Assembly (NCBI GenBank): GCA_032128875.1
Contig: JAVLKG010000014.1
Coordinates: 1-64,000 of the forward strand
Source of the DNA: Candidatus Melainabacteria bacterium 17Bon1m
GTDB taxonomy: Bacteria > Cyanobacteriota > Vampirovibrionia > Obscuribacterales > Obscuribacteraceae
Direction: 5' to 3'
DNA: 64,000 bases
Every line of letters begins with the position of its first letter. Position 1 is the first letter of the stretch. The translations under genes and the position numbers were made by a program. Positions 28,948-38,930 of this stretch are shown piece after piece. The notes below the pieces were generated by a model that had not been told where the DNA came from, did no database searches, and saw only the letters and a program-made list of their open reading frames with translations.

Positions 28948-31900
28948 ATGCCGAGGTCGAAGTCTTCATCGTGCGTGCACGAAAATGCTGATTGCAACTG
29001 CAAATCAAACACAGGTCTGTTCAAACGAAAAGTTATATCAGAACACGAACGCAGCGAGTGGCACACCGTAGCGATGAGCATGGTTCTGCTATTAATGCAC
29101 GTCACACTACTGTTCAAACTTGGTGGCTTAGGGCTTTCGTTCAATCCAATCGAGTTGCCGCTGTGTGTCAAGTCGATGCCCAACGCTTTTTCGTCGGCAG
29201 ATGATGTTAGAGCGGAACAGCTCGCACAGACTGCGGCAGCTGCGGACCCGCTACCTGAGCCCATCCGTGTGCCTGAATACGGTGGTTCTGGAACCTTCGC
29301 AGCGATAGGTCATGACGGTAAGATTCTTGGTCAGTGCCCCTTAAAACATACTTCTGTGGTTGCTGACGTCAACGACGGAATTGCAAGAGTTTCGGTGACA
29401 CAGAAGTTTCATAATCCGTTTCACCAGAACATTCAAGCAGTGTACGCGTTTCCGCTAGATGAACATTGTGCGGTCGAAAGTATGCGAATGCTATCTGGCA
29501 AGAGAGAAATTTTAGGCTCCATAAAACCGAGAGAGGAAGCCGCCGAAATATACAGACTTGCAGCAGCGGAAGGTAGAGCTACCGCATTGCTGGAAGAGGA
29601 GCGGCCGAACATCTTCACCCAATCCGTGGCAAACGTTAGCGCGGGTGAGGATGTTTCGGTCACTCTTAATTACACCACCGCGCTTTCATTCAAGGAAGGT
29701 GATTACACATTCACTTTCCCAACTGTTGTGGGACCGCGTTTCATGCCTGGCTCGATCATCGAATCGCACGGCACGGGAACAGAGAGTGATACATCACTTG
29801 TTCCTGATGCTTCCAGAATATCACCGCCTCATCCGAATCATTCGATGAGAAGTGGCACTGACATATCGATGAAGATCAACTTGCACTCAGTGTTTCCGAT
29901 TAGCGGTATAAAATCGAAATTGCACGCGATTTCAACGCTTGGTGAGAAGAGTAAACATCCAACAATCACTCTTGCGCCCAATTCGGAAATTCCCAACAAG
30001 GACTTTGTGATGTCGTGGCATGTGGGTAGCAAATATCTGCAGACTGGCGTTCGGACACACCGCGTCTCCAACGACGGTTATGTCGCCATCTCTTTCATGC
30101 CGCCAGACCATATAGCTTGCGACGAGAAGGTCGCGAAGGAATTCATTTTCCTCGTCGATTGCTCCGGCTCGCAACAAGGTCTTCCGATTGAAAAAGCAAA
30201 AGATACTCTTCTATACATCTTGGAGAAGATGGGGCCGGATGACACGTTGCAGATTCTCGCGTTCAGCAATGATGTGAGGCAGCTTTTTGATAAGCCGAGA
30301 TCGATGGGTGCGACTAATAAGTCGTATGCGAAGAATTACATTCACAGTCTTACTGCGGATGGTGGAACATTTATGGCTCCAGCGGTGGAAAAGGCATGCA
30401 ACGTTGCCGCAGACCCTTCGCGTCTGCGAATTGTCAGTTTCATGACCGATGGTTTTGTCGGAAATGACAGTGAAATTATTGGAATGGTGAGAAAGTTCCG
30501 TGGCAGTTCCAGATGGTTTGCCTTTGGGACAGGTGACAACGTCAATCGATATTTGATCGACAGCATCGCGCGCCAGGGTGGTGGAGAGGCTGAGTATGTG
30601 TACTTAAACAGTCCGTCCGGGCAAATCGCCGAGTCGTTTTGGAAAAAGATCTCTTCTCCACTTCTCACCGACATCAAAATCGCCTATGGAAAATTGCCTC
30701 TCTTAGGTGTTGTACCTGATGTCTCTTGTGACCTTTGGTCTCAACGTCCGCTTACTTTTATCGCGCGCTATTCAAAACCTGCCAGCGGAGTCATTACCGT
30801 AACTGGAAATCACGGGAAGAAGCTTTTTGAAACTCGACTTTTTGTGAAACTACCAGCAATTGAAAAGCGCAATGCGGTCTTATCGACACTTTGGGCAAGG
30901 CAAAAAGTTGAGCAATACAGCGATGCCGACAATATGTTGGTAGCTGGCGGACACAAAGCTGCTCATGTGTATGAAATTACAAAGCTTGGTCTTGAGCACC
31001 ACTTGCTGACTACTTACACGTCATTTGTCGCTGTGGATGATTCGTCCAAACGACCTGTTGAAACGGCGTCACGAATGAGTTCAATTCCAGAGTCGGCTAA
31101 CGTGTTGCGTCAATATGTCGAGGGACCGGCGCATTCTGCACGCTTTAGCTATCAGCCAAATAGCTATCGAATTTCTCAGATTCAGGTAGATCCTCGTTAT
31201 GGTCAAAGCAACCAAGTCGGTCAAATCAATAACACCTACATGGGAATCAAGCGGTTCTATGCTGACGACTTCATCGGCAATCTAAGTCAAAACATCAGTC
31301 AATTGATTGGCAAATGGATTTCGGAATGGGTGAATGGATTCTTCGCAGATACGGTTAAGTTCCTCATGCATTGCATTGAAGCTTTGATTCTAAATCCATT
31401 TTTTGCTCTCAGAGGAATCTGCAATCCAGCTCCCCATCTTGGGAATCAGGCGATGTTCTTCTACATTCGCAGCGCGATAGATTTGGTTTATGGTGTTGCG
31501 GGAGGTTTTTTACTGCTCAGTTCGCTTAGAGAAATCAGGAGATCCAAATCGTCTCCAGCTGAGCAAAAAGCAAGTATCTATCAGTGTTGCGTAATAGCGC
31601 TGCTTCTCATTTCTGGTCCATGGATCTATCGTGTTGTCTTTCAGTTGACCGATGTCTTCGTCACTCGGAGTTTTGTCTTTGATCCAGAGTGTACTCGTCC
31701 AATCGGCGATGCACTTTGCTCAGCCTTGAAAGGCGGGCTGATGGCTGGAGCAGGGATGCTGGCGCACGCATTCGCCCCATTTGTGGGAGGTGCCGCTGGG
31801 GGACTCGTAATGGGACTCATCGGCGAAATAGTTGCACTGGTCGGATTGATCGTTTATTGCGGTCTTTCCATCGTTCTAATTTTGCAGCTCGTGTACGTGC

Positions 31901-32295
31901 TTATTGCTGCCATTGTTCAGTCATTCATGTTCACGCTCAGCATCATCACAGGACCAATCGCATTTGCATGCGGTGGCACGAACCGGCTGCAAAAGTTTTC
32001 CGCCGGATATGTCACTGTTTGGATTGACCTCTTTCTTTGGTTGGCATCATCGGTGCTTTTGATTACAGCCCTGCGATACGTGCTTTTTAGCGACATGAAT
32101 CCTTGGTTCAAAATCATGCTCGCTATGTGCAATTTGCAAGCAATGATATTTGCACCGCTCGCTTTGTCGTACCTGAAGATCAGTCCTGTGTCGAGGTACA
32201 TGGGTCTCAATCCAATTCAAGGATTGGCCGCAGGTATTACGCAGCTCGCGAAGATGGCATCTGAAATGTTTGCACGTTTTTCCACGCCGCGATAG
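28948..32295 (+). CDS. VIT + vWA domain protein fused to a C-terminal multi-TM domain
   Basis: AAGGAGG SD before ATG 28948; VIT (PLKHTSV, VTQKFHNP, YAFPL); vWA MIDAS DCSGS, GGT, MTDG; hydrophobic C-terminal ~370 aa. Confidence 0.85.
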   Translation: MPRSKSSSCVHENADCNCKSNTGLFKRKVISEHERSEWHTVAMSMVLLLMHVTLLFKLGGLGLSFNPIELPLCVKSMPNAFSSADDVRAEQLAQTAAAADPLPEPIRVPEYGGSGTFAAIGHDGKILGQCPLKHTSVVADVNDGIARVSVTQKFHNPFHQNIQAVYAFPLDEHCAVESMRMLSGKREILGSIKPREEAAEIYRLAAAEGRATALLEEERPNIFTQSVANVSAGEDVSVTLNYTTALSFKEGDYTFTFPTVVGPRFMPGSIIESHGTGTESDTSLVPDASRISPPHPNHSMRSGTDISMKINLHSVFPISGIKSKLHAISTLGEKSKHPTITLAPNSEIPNKDFVMSWHVGSKYLQTGVRTHRVSNDGYVAISFMPPDHIACDEKVAKEFIFLVDCSGSQQGLPIEKAKDTLLYILEKMGPDDTLQILAFSNDVRQLFDKPRSMGATNKSYAKNYIHSLTADGGTFMAPAVEKACNVAADPSRLRIVSFMTDGFVGNDSEIIGMVRKFRGSSRWFAFGTGDNVNRYLIDSIARQGGGEAEYVYLNSPSGQIAESFWKKISSPLLTDIKIAYGKLPLLGVVPDVSCDLWSQRPLTFIARYSKPASGVITVTGNHGKKLFETRLFVKLPAIEKRNAVLSTLWARQKVEQYSDADNMLVAGGHKAAHVYEITKLGLEHHLLTTYTSFVAVDDSSKRPVETASRMSSIPESANVLRQYVEGPAHSARFSYQPNSYRISQIQVDPRYGQSNQVGQINNTYMGIKRFYADDFIGNLSQNISQLIGKWISEWVNGFFADTVKFLMHCIEALILNPFFALRGICNPAPHLGNQAMFFYIRSAIDLVYGVAGGFLLLSSLREIRRSKSSPAEQKASIYQCCVIALLLISGPWIYRVVFQLTDVFVTRSFVFDPECTRPIGDALCSALKGGLMAGAGMLAHAFAPFVGGAAGGLVMGLIGEIVALVGLIVYCGLSIVLILQLVYVLIAAIVQSFMFTLSIITGPIAFACGGTNRLQKFSAGYVTVWIDLFLWLASSVLLITALRYVLFSDMNPWFKIMLAMCNLQAMIFAPLALSYLKISPVSRYMGLNPIQGLAAGITQLAKMASEMFARFSTPR

Positions 32296-32447
32296 GACGA
32301 ACCACGCCAATCGTTCTATCGAGCTTTCATGAGGGAACAGGGGAGCAGCAGGGCAACTTGCTGCTCTTTCTGTCAGTAGAAAACAGAAAGAGCACATGCA
32401 ATGCTCTACACGTACGAAGAGTTAGCAGAGGCGTAGGGAGCAAACAA

Positions 32448-32470
32448 GGGCGCGTGCAACGCGCCCCCAC
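32448..32470 (-). repeat. REP-like palindrome (GTGG class)
   Basis: Reverse complement of 15615-15637. Confidence 0.8.
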
Positions 32471-33091
32471 GAAAAACAGTTAGCGCATTGGAAGTTTGAA
32501 ACGCGCTTCGATCATTTTGCGATTGCGGATGCGGCGCGATTTTCTGCGTCTGATTTTGGGAGCGCCTGGTGAAATCCATTTGTCCCAAACGTTAAGCGCG
32601 AGAATTTCCCACTTTGATCTCCAACCGTTTTTGAACGATGAGTTCTTGCACACACGAACCTCTGTGCGTGGATAACGCATTTCTCTGTGCTCAGTGGGCG
32701 AGAGTCTAGCGAAGAACCGCCTAGCTAGAGGCTTGAGATTCAGCGCAATCGATTTTGGTTGGAACATGATTGAGGGGGAATGCCCTTGGTGCTGGGCGTT
32801 GTTTGTCGTCGATTCCCTCGTCGAGACCGACGCGTTCAACCGGTTAAGTTAACAGTGGCTATCGAGAGGAAGGCCACATGGTACACCAGTTCCGGATAAA
32901 ATTGGCGCCTGGCAACCGGTAGCCAAGTTGTGCTCTTTTTGCGAAAAGCCAGATTAAATGTCCTGTTTGCGACAGCGCCGATGCGCGTGGAAAGTGGATT
33001 TGCATCTCTCTATATCCCATTGCAATAGAGTTCTTCGGGCAGATCTATTGCCCTGAAATTGGGAAGTCAGTAGGGTGAGATTTAAGGTTGG

Positions 33092-34600
33092 CTAGTCGTC
33101 GACGCCGAAGTCTACTGTTGCCGATAGATTGATGATGAAGGACGCTCCCTCTCCCAATCGGCTCTGACAGCGGATTTTGCCGCCATGTGCTTCGATTATG
33201 CGCTTGCATACATATAGCCCAAGTCCTGTATTGGAGCTGCTTTTGGATTCGCCTGGTTCTTTCCAGAAGCGCTTAAAGAGGGTCGGAATTACTTCGGACG
33301 CAATTCCCTTGCCCTGGTCTTTGACGAGTATGCAGACGCCGCTTCCGGCGCGATTTGCGATGAGAGAGATTTTGCTGTTGGCCGGGCTGGCTTTGATGGC
33401 GTTGTCCGTCAGGTTGATCAAAACTCGGCGAATGCCGATGCGGTCCGCCAAAATCATCGGGAGGTCGTCGTCTACTTCAGACGCGAGTTCGACATTGGCA
33501 GCGCTGGCAAATGGCTTCAGCTCCTGCAAGCATTCCTCCACTACTTCCTTGACGTTCATCGCCTCCATGAAGAAAAGCTGGACGCCCTCTTGTTCTTGAT
33601 AGGTGAGAAGGAGATTTTGTACCATCCAGAGCATGTGTTTATTGCTGCGTCTCAGCGTCATGAGAGCATCCGACAATTGCGGGGCGATTTCACCTAGTGA
33701 GCCGTTCAAAACGCTTTCTAAAAATCTCTCGGCGCCAGCCAGAGGGACTTTCAAATCATGTGCAAGGGCGGTGATGAATTCGTCGCGCTGCTGGCTTACC
33801 TTGAGCCTGTCTGTGACGTCTTTGATGATAAGGACGAATCCAGTCACGACACTTTCTGTTGACTTTACTGGCCAAATAATCAAGTCACAGTACAGCCCGG
33901 ATTCCTGATGGTTGGGAGTTGGACCGAGATGATAGCCATTGATTTCGATGGGGTTGTCTTCAGCAATCGCTTCGTGAAATTGGCCGGGTGTTAGAGCAGA
34001 AACCAGGACGCAGATGTGTTTGTTGGCGATTTTTTCGTGTTTTAGACCAAATAAGTTGCAAAAAGCTGGATTGGCATCTTTCACTTTGAGCTCGCGGCTG
34101 ATGCGCACAATGCCAACTGGCGCGCATTCCAAAATTTGCTGGACGGTTTCACGCTCGCTCTCGAGTTGTTTTTGCTCGTATTTTTGGACGCGGCGTCGCT
34201 CGACGCAGCCGCTCAAAGCTTCGAAAAGCAAGTCGCCATCAAGGTTTTTCCAGACGAGAAATTGTTGGGCACCCCAATTGAGACTATCGATGCCGACATG
34301 CTCGTTTTCTGGCGAGCAAAGAGTGATAATCGGAACTCCGGGCGCCTGGACCTGCAGTTTGAGCACAGCGTCCAGCGTCTCAGTCGGCTGCCCTTGCGCC
34401 TCAATGAGAATTACGTCCGTCTTGCCTCGCGTCAAAGTCTGCAAGGCGTCAGGTACTGTATCTGCGCAGTCGATAAAGATTGGAACAGTGCGCCCTTTTT
34501 CCAGAACCTGTCTGATTTTCCCTGAATCCAGCGAGCCGCCAGGCAACAGCAGAACATTTATAACGTTCATGTCCGCCGTAGTTTCATAGAGGTTAGTCAT
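33092..34600 (-). CDS. Soluble histidine kinase: atypical receiver-PAS-HisKA-HATPase
   Basis: LAHDLKVPL, NLTDNAIK, DQGKGI, GLGL boxes; PAS (NPAFCNLFG..IKDVT). Start uncertain. Confidence 0.9.
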   Translation of the reverse strand: MTNLYETTADMNVINVLLLPGGSLDSGKIRQVLEKGRTVPIFIDCADTVPDALQTLTRGKTDVILIEAQGQPTETLDAVLKLQVQAPGVPIITLCSPENEHVGIDSLNWGAQQFLVWKNLDGDLLFEALSGCVERRRVQKYEQKQLESERETVQQILECAPVGIVRISRELKVKDANPAFCNLFGLKHEKIANKHICVLVSALTPGQFHEAIAEDNPIEINGYHLGPTPNHQESGLYCDLIIWPVKSTESVVTGFVLIIKDVTDRLKVSQQRDEFITALAHDLKVPLAGAERFLESVLNGSLGEIAPQLSDALMTLRRSNKHMLWMVQNLLLTYQEQEGVQLFFMEAMNVKEVVEECLQELKPFASAANVELASEVDDDLPMILADRIGIRRVLINLTDNAIKASPANSKISLIANRAGSGVCILVKDQGKGIASEVIPTLFKRFWKEPGESKSSSNTGLGLYVCKRIIEAHGGKIRCQSRLGEGASFIINLSATVDFGVDD

Positions 34601-34864
34601 GGGTACCGGACGCTCTTTATATAGTCTGCCTTGTTTTAGTTTCATACCACGATAATCTAAAAATAGAACTTGTTTTTGCTTGACTGCAAAGCGATTTGGG
34701 ATTTTTTACCGCGGGACGCTGGAGGTGCCCAGCCGACTTGCCTTCTGCGGTTTGTCGGGTTGCTGATAAAACGCAAGATGCCGATTATTAGTGCCTGATT
34801 CCCAATAGTGGGTATGTAATTGATAGCGATTTTGACTTAAAATGCAGCACTGCTGCCCGCTGAG

Positions 34865-36445
34865 ATGTCTGAAGAACAAAATTACGACGACGACCGCGCA
34901 AAAGGCGTTGGCGAGCTTTTGAAGGAAGCCGCCACGGCGATTAAGCTGCGTCGATACAGTGAGGCTGAGGATTTTTGCGTGCAGGCTCTCGGCGTTCTGG
35001 ACAAGGCGAGCGCGATCGAGCATCCCAGTAAGGCTATGGCGCTGGAGTTTATGGGCGACGCGTTAACTGGCATGGAAAAGTACGAGGATGCCGGGCGTTT
35101 TTACAAAAGGGCGATGGACCTTTCGGAGCGAATTTTCAGTCAGGAAAATCAGGTTTACATTTCCATCTGTTACAAGCTGGCGCGCACGTATGAAAGTCTG
35201 AGCTTGCTTGATGAGTGCGAGCCTTATTACAAACTCGCTGATGAGCTGGCTAAGCGCCATCTTTCCGGTGATCACCCACTGCGGGAAACTATCGCAGAAG
35301 GTTATGCTCACTTGATCTCGCGGGCAAAGAAGCGCAAAGATAAAGTGGTCGAAATCATGGATTCTTTCCGGACCACAAAGGATAGAGGTCCGACCGTTCG
35401 CGGCCCCCTCGGCGATGTAGAAGGGCAGGAGGAAGAAGAGACCGTAGAGCATAGGGAGGCAAAGCAAGAGCCCGCAGCTGCACCAGTATTTAAAGGACTG
35501 AGAGAGAAGTCGACCATCTACGAAAGCTCTGCTGAAGCCATGCAACTTTGGGTTAGCATCGCTGTCTTAGGCGTAATCGGTTACATTGGTTTTCTCGGGT
35601 TTCAACAGCTTTCAAAACACGCCACGGTTGCTCAATCTCAAGCGCCTTCAGCATCAGCAGTCGAGACAGAAAGCCTGCCCACTGAGTTTGTCAAAATCTA
35701 TACTTCGCTCGACGGCAAGCGCAAAGTGAAAGTCGCTAGCGGAAATAAAGGCGTTGTTGTTTTTGGAGGCAAGAACATCAATGCTCAAGTTTTTCAAGGT
35801 GGCGATGTTTGGAAAGCGGACAGCGCAACTGCCTTTAAAGAGCCTATGAAACTAGATTTTGTGGAAACCAACGGCGCCATCATGGATGATGCCGGAAACA
35901 TTTTGTATGCCGAGGATGCGCCCGAGATAAGGACGAGAGATGCGATGAGAACAGTCGCAAAGTCGCTTCGTAACTCATATTTGATGCGCGGGCACTTTCC
36001 GCAAAACGCCGTTGAACTTGCGCAGGCTCAGACCACTTACAAAAATGCCGTGACAGGAAAAGTTGAACCTCCGATCATTCAGGTCTATCGTGGAGAGCAG
36101 GGGTGGAATGCCTCTAATCCAGAGGAGAAATCGACATTTGAAACTTCATTTGAGTCGGGCAATCTCTGGACAAACGAACCGCCTTTCTTGCCCGGCTCTG
36201 TGCATGTTTTTTTGATGGCAAACCCACCCTCCAATGAGCCGAGTGCCCCGCCTAGCCTGCCGGCTGTTGCCATAATCAAAGGAGCAGACTCTAACTGTTC
36301 GCCTATTAGGCTTGATAAAGATAAAGCTTATCTCGTTGTTTTGACACCGAAGAGCGAGCGCGCAACGGAAGGTTCTGCGACTTACCCGAAGGCGCCGGAC
36401 GGCTCGCAAGGCGCGATCGTGACGATCAAACCAAAGCAACCGTAG
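34865..36445 (+). CDS. TPR - single TM - extracytoplasmic domain protein
   Basis: N-terminal TPRs; TM LWVSIAVLGVIGYIGFLGF; C-terminus similar to 56682-58346. Confidence 0.8.
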   Translation: MSEEQNYDDDRAKGVGELLKEAATAIKLRRYSEAEDFCVQALGVLDKASAIEHPSKAMALEFMGDALTGMEKYEDAGRFYKRAMDLSERIFSQENQVYISICYKLARTYESLSLLDECEPYYKLADELAKRHLSGDHPLRETIAEGYAHLISRAKKRKDKVVEIMDSFRTTKDRGPTVRGPLGDVEGQEEEETVEHREAKQEPAAAPVFKGLREKSTIYESSAEAMQLWVSIAVLGVIGYIGFLGFQQLSKHATVAQSQAPSASAVETESLPTEFVKIYTSLDGKRKVKVASGNKGVVVFGGKNINAQVFQGGDVWKADSATAFKEPMKLDFVETNGAIMDDAGNILYAEDAPEIRTRDAMRTVAKSLRNSYLMRGHFPQNAVELAQAQTTYKNAVTGKVEPPIIQVYRGEQGWNASNPEEKSTFETSFESGNLWTNEPPFLPGSVHVFLMANPPSNEPSAPPSLPAVAIIKGADSNCSPIRLDKDKAYLVVLTPKSERATEGSATYPKAPDGSQGAIVTIKPKQP

Positions 36446-36494
36446 GGTAGGCACATGTGCCTGCCTGCCAGGGCGCCGCGTGCGGCTCCCCTGC
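36442..36494. repeat. Inverted REP-like doublet
   Basis: gtagggtaggcacatgtgcctgcc...gggcgccgcgtgcggctcccctgc; same layout as 40722-40775. Confidence 0.7.
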
Positions 36495-36604
36495 GAGTGT
36501 CCCTTGCCGGTCGAGAGTTACGTTTGCTTGCATTTGACCGTTTTGGGTTGATTTTGAAAAGGGCTGTGTTAGTATTGCCTGGTCTGTCCGCGACCAATTT
36601 CCTT

Positions 36605-36721
36605 ATGGAAGTGACTATTTTGTCGACGCTTCGCGCAATTTCAATATTCAAATCTGGCTGGTGGCGCTGGTTTCAATTACCGGGTAAGTCGTTTGCGACT
36701 CGCTTGATGATGCGCGCATAA
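36605..36721 (+). CDS. trpL: trp operon leader peptide
   Basis: MEVTILSTLRAISIFKSGWWRWFQLPGKSFATRLMMRA*; TGG TGG CGC TGG at 36659-36670. Exact start uncertain. Confidence 0.85.
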   Translation: MEVTILSTLRAISIFKSGWWRWFQLPGKSFATRLMMRA

Positions 36722-36790
36722 TCAACAGCCATACAGGCAAAAGCATCTCAACCGCAGGCTTACCCGAAAGGTACCTGCGGTTTTGTTTTT
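36681..36790 (+). terminator. trp attenuator (antiterminator and intrinsic terminator)
   Basis: Terminator aaccgcagg (36750-36758) / cctgcggtt (36774-36782) then ttgttttt; antiterminator cgggtaag..tttgcg (36681-36696) / cgcaggcttacccg (36753-36766). Confidence 0.82.
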
Positions 36791-36816
36791 GCCTAATTGG
36801 AATAAGGAATATAGCG

Positions 36817-38316
36817 ATGCAAAAAACAACGATGGAAACAGAAGTGAAAAACAGCGTGAACATTGAATCCCTGACAAAACGAGTGACTGGAGAAACCGGC
36901 TGCGCTATTTCGTACTCGGCTGATTTCACAACGCCGGTGGCACTGTTTGACCGTCTGTCGAGAAGCGCACGCGATGCGTTTCTCTTCGAAAGTACTGAGG
37001 GAGACGGTCGCTTGGCGCGGTATTCATTTCTCGGTGTTGATCCGTTGCTCGTGGTCGAATTTGACGATTCGCAAGTGCATGTTGAGAATTGCGCCGACGG
37101 CTCGCGCCAGAGCGTTGGAGTTGATAATCCAATTGATTTCTTGCGCACTTTGCTCAAGAACAATCCGGTGCCCACTCATCCGCTTATAGCTGATGCGCCC
37201 TTTGCCGGCGGGCTCGTTGGCTACCTCGGCTATGGCGCGACCGCTTTTACAGAGCGTATCCCGCAGCAAAGCAAAACCGTTACTCATGTGCCGGTCGGCA
37301 GGTATGGGCTGTACGATTCGTTTGTTTTGTTTGACCATCAATATCGCCAGGTCACTTTCTTTTCCGCGCGAGGCGAGCAGCATATTAACGAACTTGTCCA
37401 TCGCTCAATGTTGCATTCGCAGCTTCCGCCATTTCGTCTTGATATGGCGAAATCCAGTAAAGAAGAGCTTTTCAAGAACGTCACAGGACCTTTCACTCGT
37501 GAGAGTTTTATCGATGCAGTCTTAAAAGCAAAGGAAAAAGTTCTCGAAGGCGAAGTCTTTCAGATTGTGGTGGCGCAGCGTTTTTCCGTACCAATCTCCG
37601 CACCGCCTATTGATGTTTATCGCGCACTGCAAGCGACTAACCCCAGCCCTTACGCGTATTTCTTGAAGTGTCCAGGGTTCTCCTATATTGGCTCCTCACC
37701 TGAAACATTCGTTAGAAGCAACGAAGGAAAAGTCTTGCTTCGCGCCATCGCCGGTACTCGTCCTCGTGGTAGAGATCGCGCAGAAGATGAAGCGCTGGAG
37801 CGCGAATTAAAGGCGAGCGAGAAAGAAATGGCCGAGCATCGAATGCTTGTCGATCTTGGTCGCAATGATCTAGGCAGGGTTTGTGCACCGGGCACTGTAA
37901 ATATTGGCGAACTGGCTTGCTTGACGCGCTATACGCACGTGATGCATTTGGCAACGGAAGTGACAGGAACTCTCTCTCAAGCGAAAGATGTATTCGACGC
38001 ATTTGAAAGTTGCTTTCCTGCAGGAACTGTTTCTGGTGCGCCCAAAGTTAGAGCCATGGAAATTCTCGCGCAATTAGAGCCAGAGCAGCGTGGCATCTAT
38101 TCCGGCGCAGTCGGTTATTTTGATGCGCGCGGAAACATGGATGGTGCCATAGCCATCCGTTCTGTTTTGATTAAGGACGGCAACGCGCACATCAATGCCG
38201 GCGCCGGCATAGTTTATGACTCAGATCCAGACATGGAATACGAAGAAACGCGCAGCAAGGCGATGAGCGTCCTCCAGGCAGTGCGTATCGCACACCAGCT
38301 AATGGGGGTGAAATAA
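36817..38316 (+). CDS. trpE: Anthranilate synthase component I
   Basis: FLFES, NPSPY, AIAGTRPRG, EHRMLVDLGRND, PAGTVSGAPK. Confidence 0.96.
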   Translation: MQKTTMETEVKNSVNIESLTKRVTGETGCAISYSADFTTPVALFDRLSRSARDAFLFESTEGDGRLARYSFLGVDPLLVVEFDDSQVHVENCADGSRQSVGVDNPIDFLRTLLKNNPVPTHPLIADAPFAGGLVGYLGYGATAFTERIPQQSKTVTHVPVGRYGLYDSFVLFDHQYRQVTFFSARGEQHINELVHRSMLHSQLPPFRLDMAKSSKEELFKNVTGPFTRESFIDAVLKAKEKVLEGEVFQIVVAQRFSVPISAPPIDVYRALQATNPSPYAYFLKCPGFSYIGSSPETFVRSNEGKVLLRAIAGTRPRGRDRAEDEALERELKASEKEMAEHRMLVDLGRNDLGRVCAPGTVNIGELACLTRYTHVMHLATEVTGTLSQAKDVFDAFESCFPAGTVSGAPKVRAMEILAQLEPEQRGIYSGAVGYFDARGNMDGAIAIRSVLIKDGNAHINAGAGIVYDSDPDMEYEETRSKAMSVLQAVRIAHQLMGVK

Positions 38317-38318
38317 TC

Positions 38319-38930
38319 ATGCGCACGATTATCATCGACAACTATGATTCATTTACGTTCAATCTCTACCAGCTATTGGTGCCGATTGTTCGCAAGTTGG
38401 AGCGAAATGAGAGCGCCGATGTCGAGGTTTTTCGCAACGACGCCATCACTCTTGATGAAATATTGCAGAAGAAGCCGACTCACATTGTGCTGTCGCCCGG
38501 ACCAGGTCATCCAGCGGTCACACGCGATTTTGGCGTTTGCAAGGAAGTGATTTTGTCGCAGAAAAAGCTCGGCGCTGCGCTGATGGGCGTTTGTCTTGGA
38601 CATCAGGGCATAGCCGCTCATTTGGGCGGCGAGGTAGTGCGTGCACCGGAAATCGTGCATGGAAAAACAAGCGAGATATTTGTCGAAGGTGAGCCCTCTC
38701 GCATTTTTGCCGGGCTGGGAAACAGCTTTGAAGCAATGCGTTATCACTCGCTGGTGGCGAAGGATGAAACTTTTCCCTCTGATTTGAAAGTGACTGCGCG
38801 CGAGAAGAAACATGGCTTGATAATGGCGCTTGAGCACAAGAGCGAACCTATTTTCGGCGTGCAGTTTCACCCCGAGTCGATTGGCACAGCGAAAGGCTCT
38901 TTGATGATGGAGAATTTCTTGTCCATATGA
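38319..38930 (+). CDS. trpG: Anthranilate synthase component II
   Basis: IDNYDSFTFNL, SPGPG, GVCLGHQ, RYHSL, QFHPES. Confidence 0.96.
   Translation: MRTIIIDNYDSFTFNLYQLLVPIVRKLERNESADVEVFRNDAITLDEILQKKPTHIVLSPGPGHPAVTRDFGVCKEVILSQKKLGAALMGVCLGHQGIAAHLGGEVVRAPEIVHGKTSEIFVEGEPSRIFAGLGNSFEAMRYHSLVAKDETFPSDLKVTAREKKHGLIMALEHKSEPIFGVQFHPESIGTAKGSLMMENFLSI

Noticed and set aside
32296-33091. Long intergenic region as candidate ncRNA or tRNA
   Set aside because: Only REP-like and terminator-like hairpins seen; no cloverleaf or recognisable RNA family.
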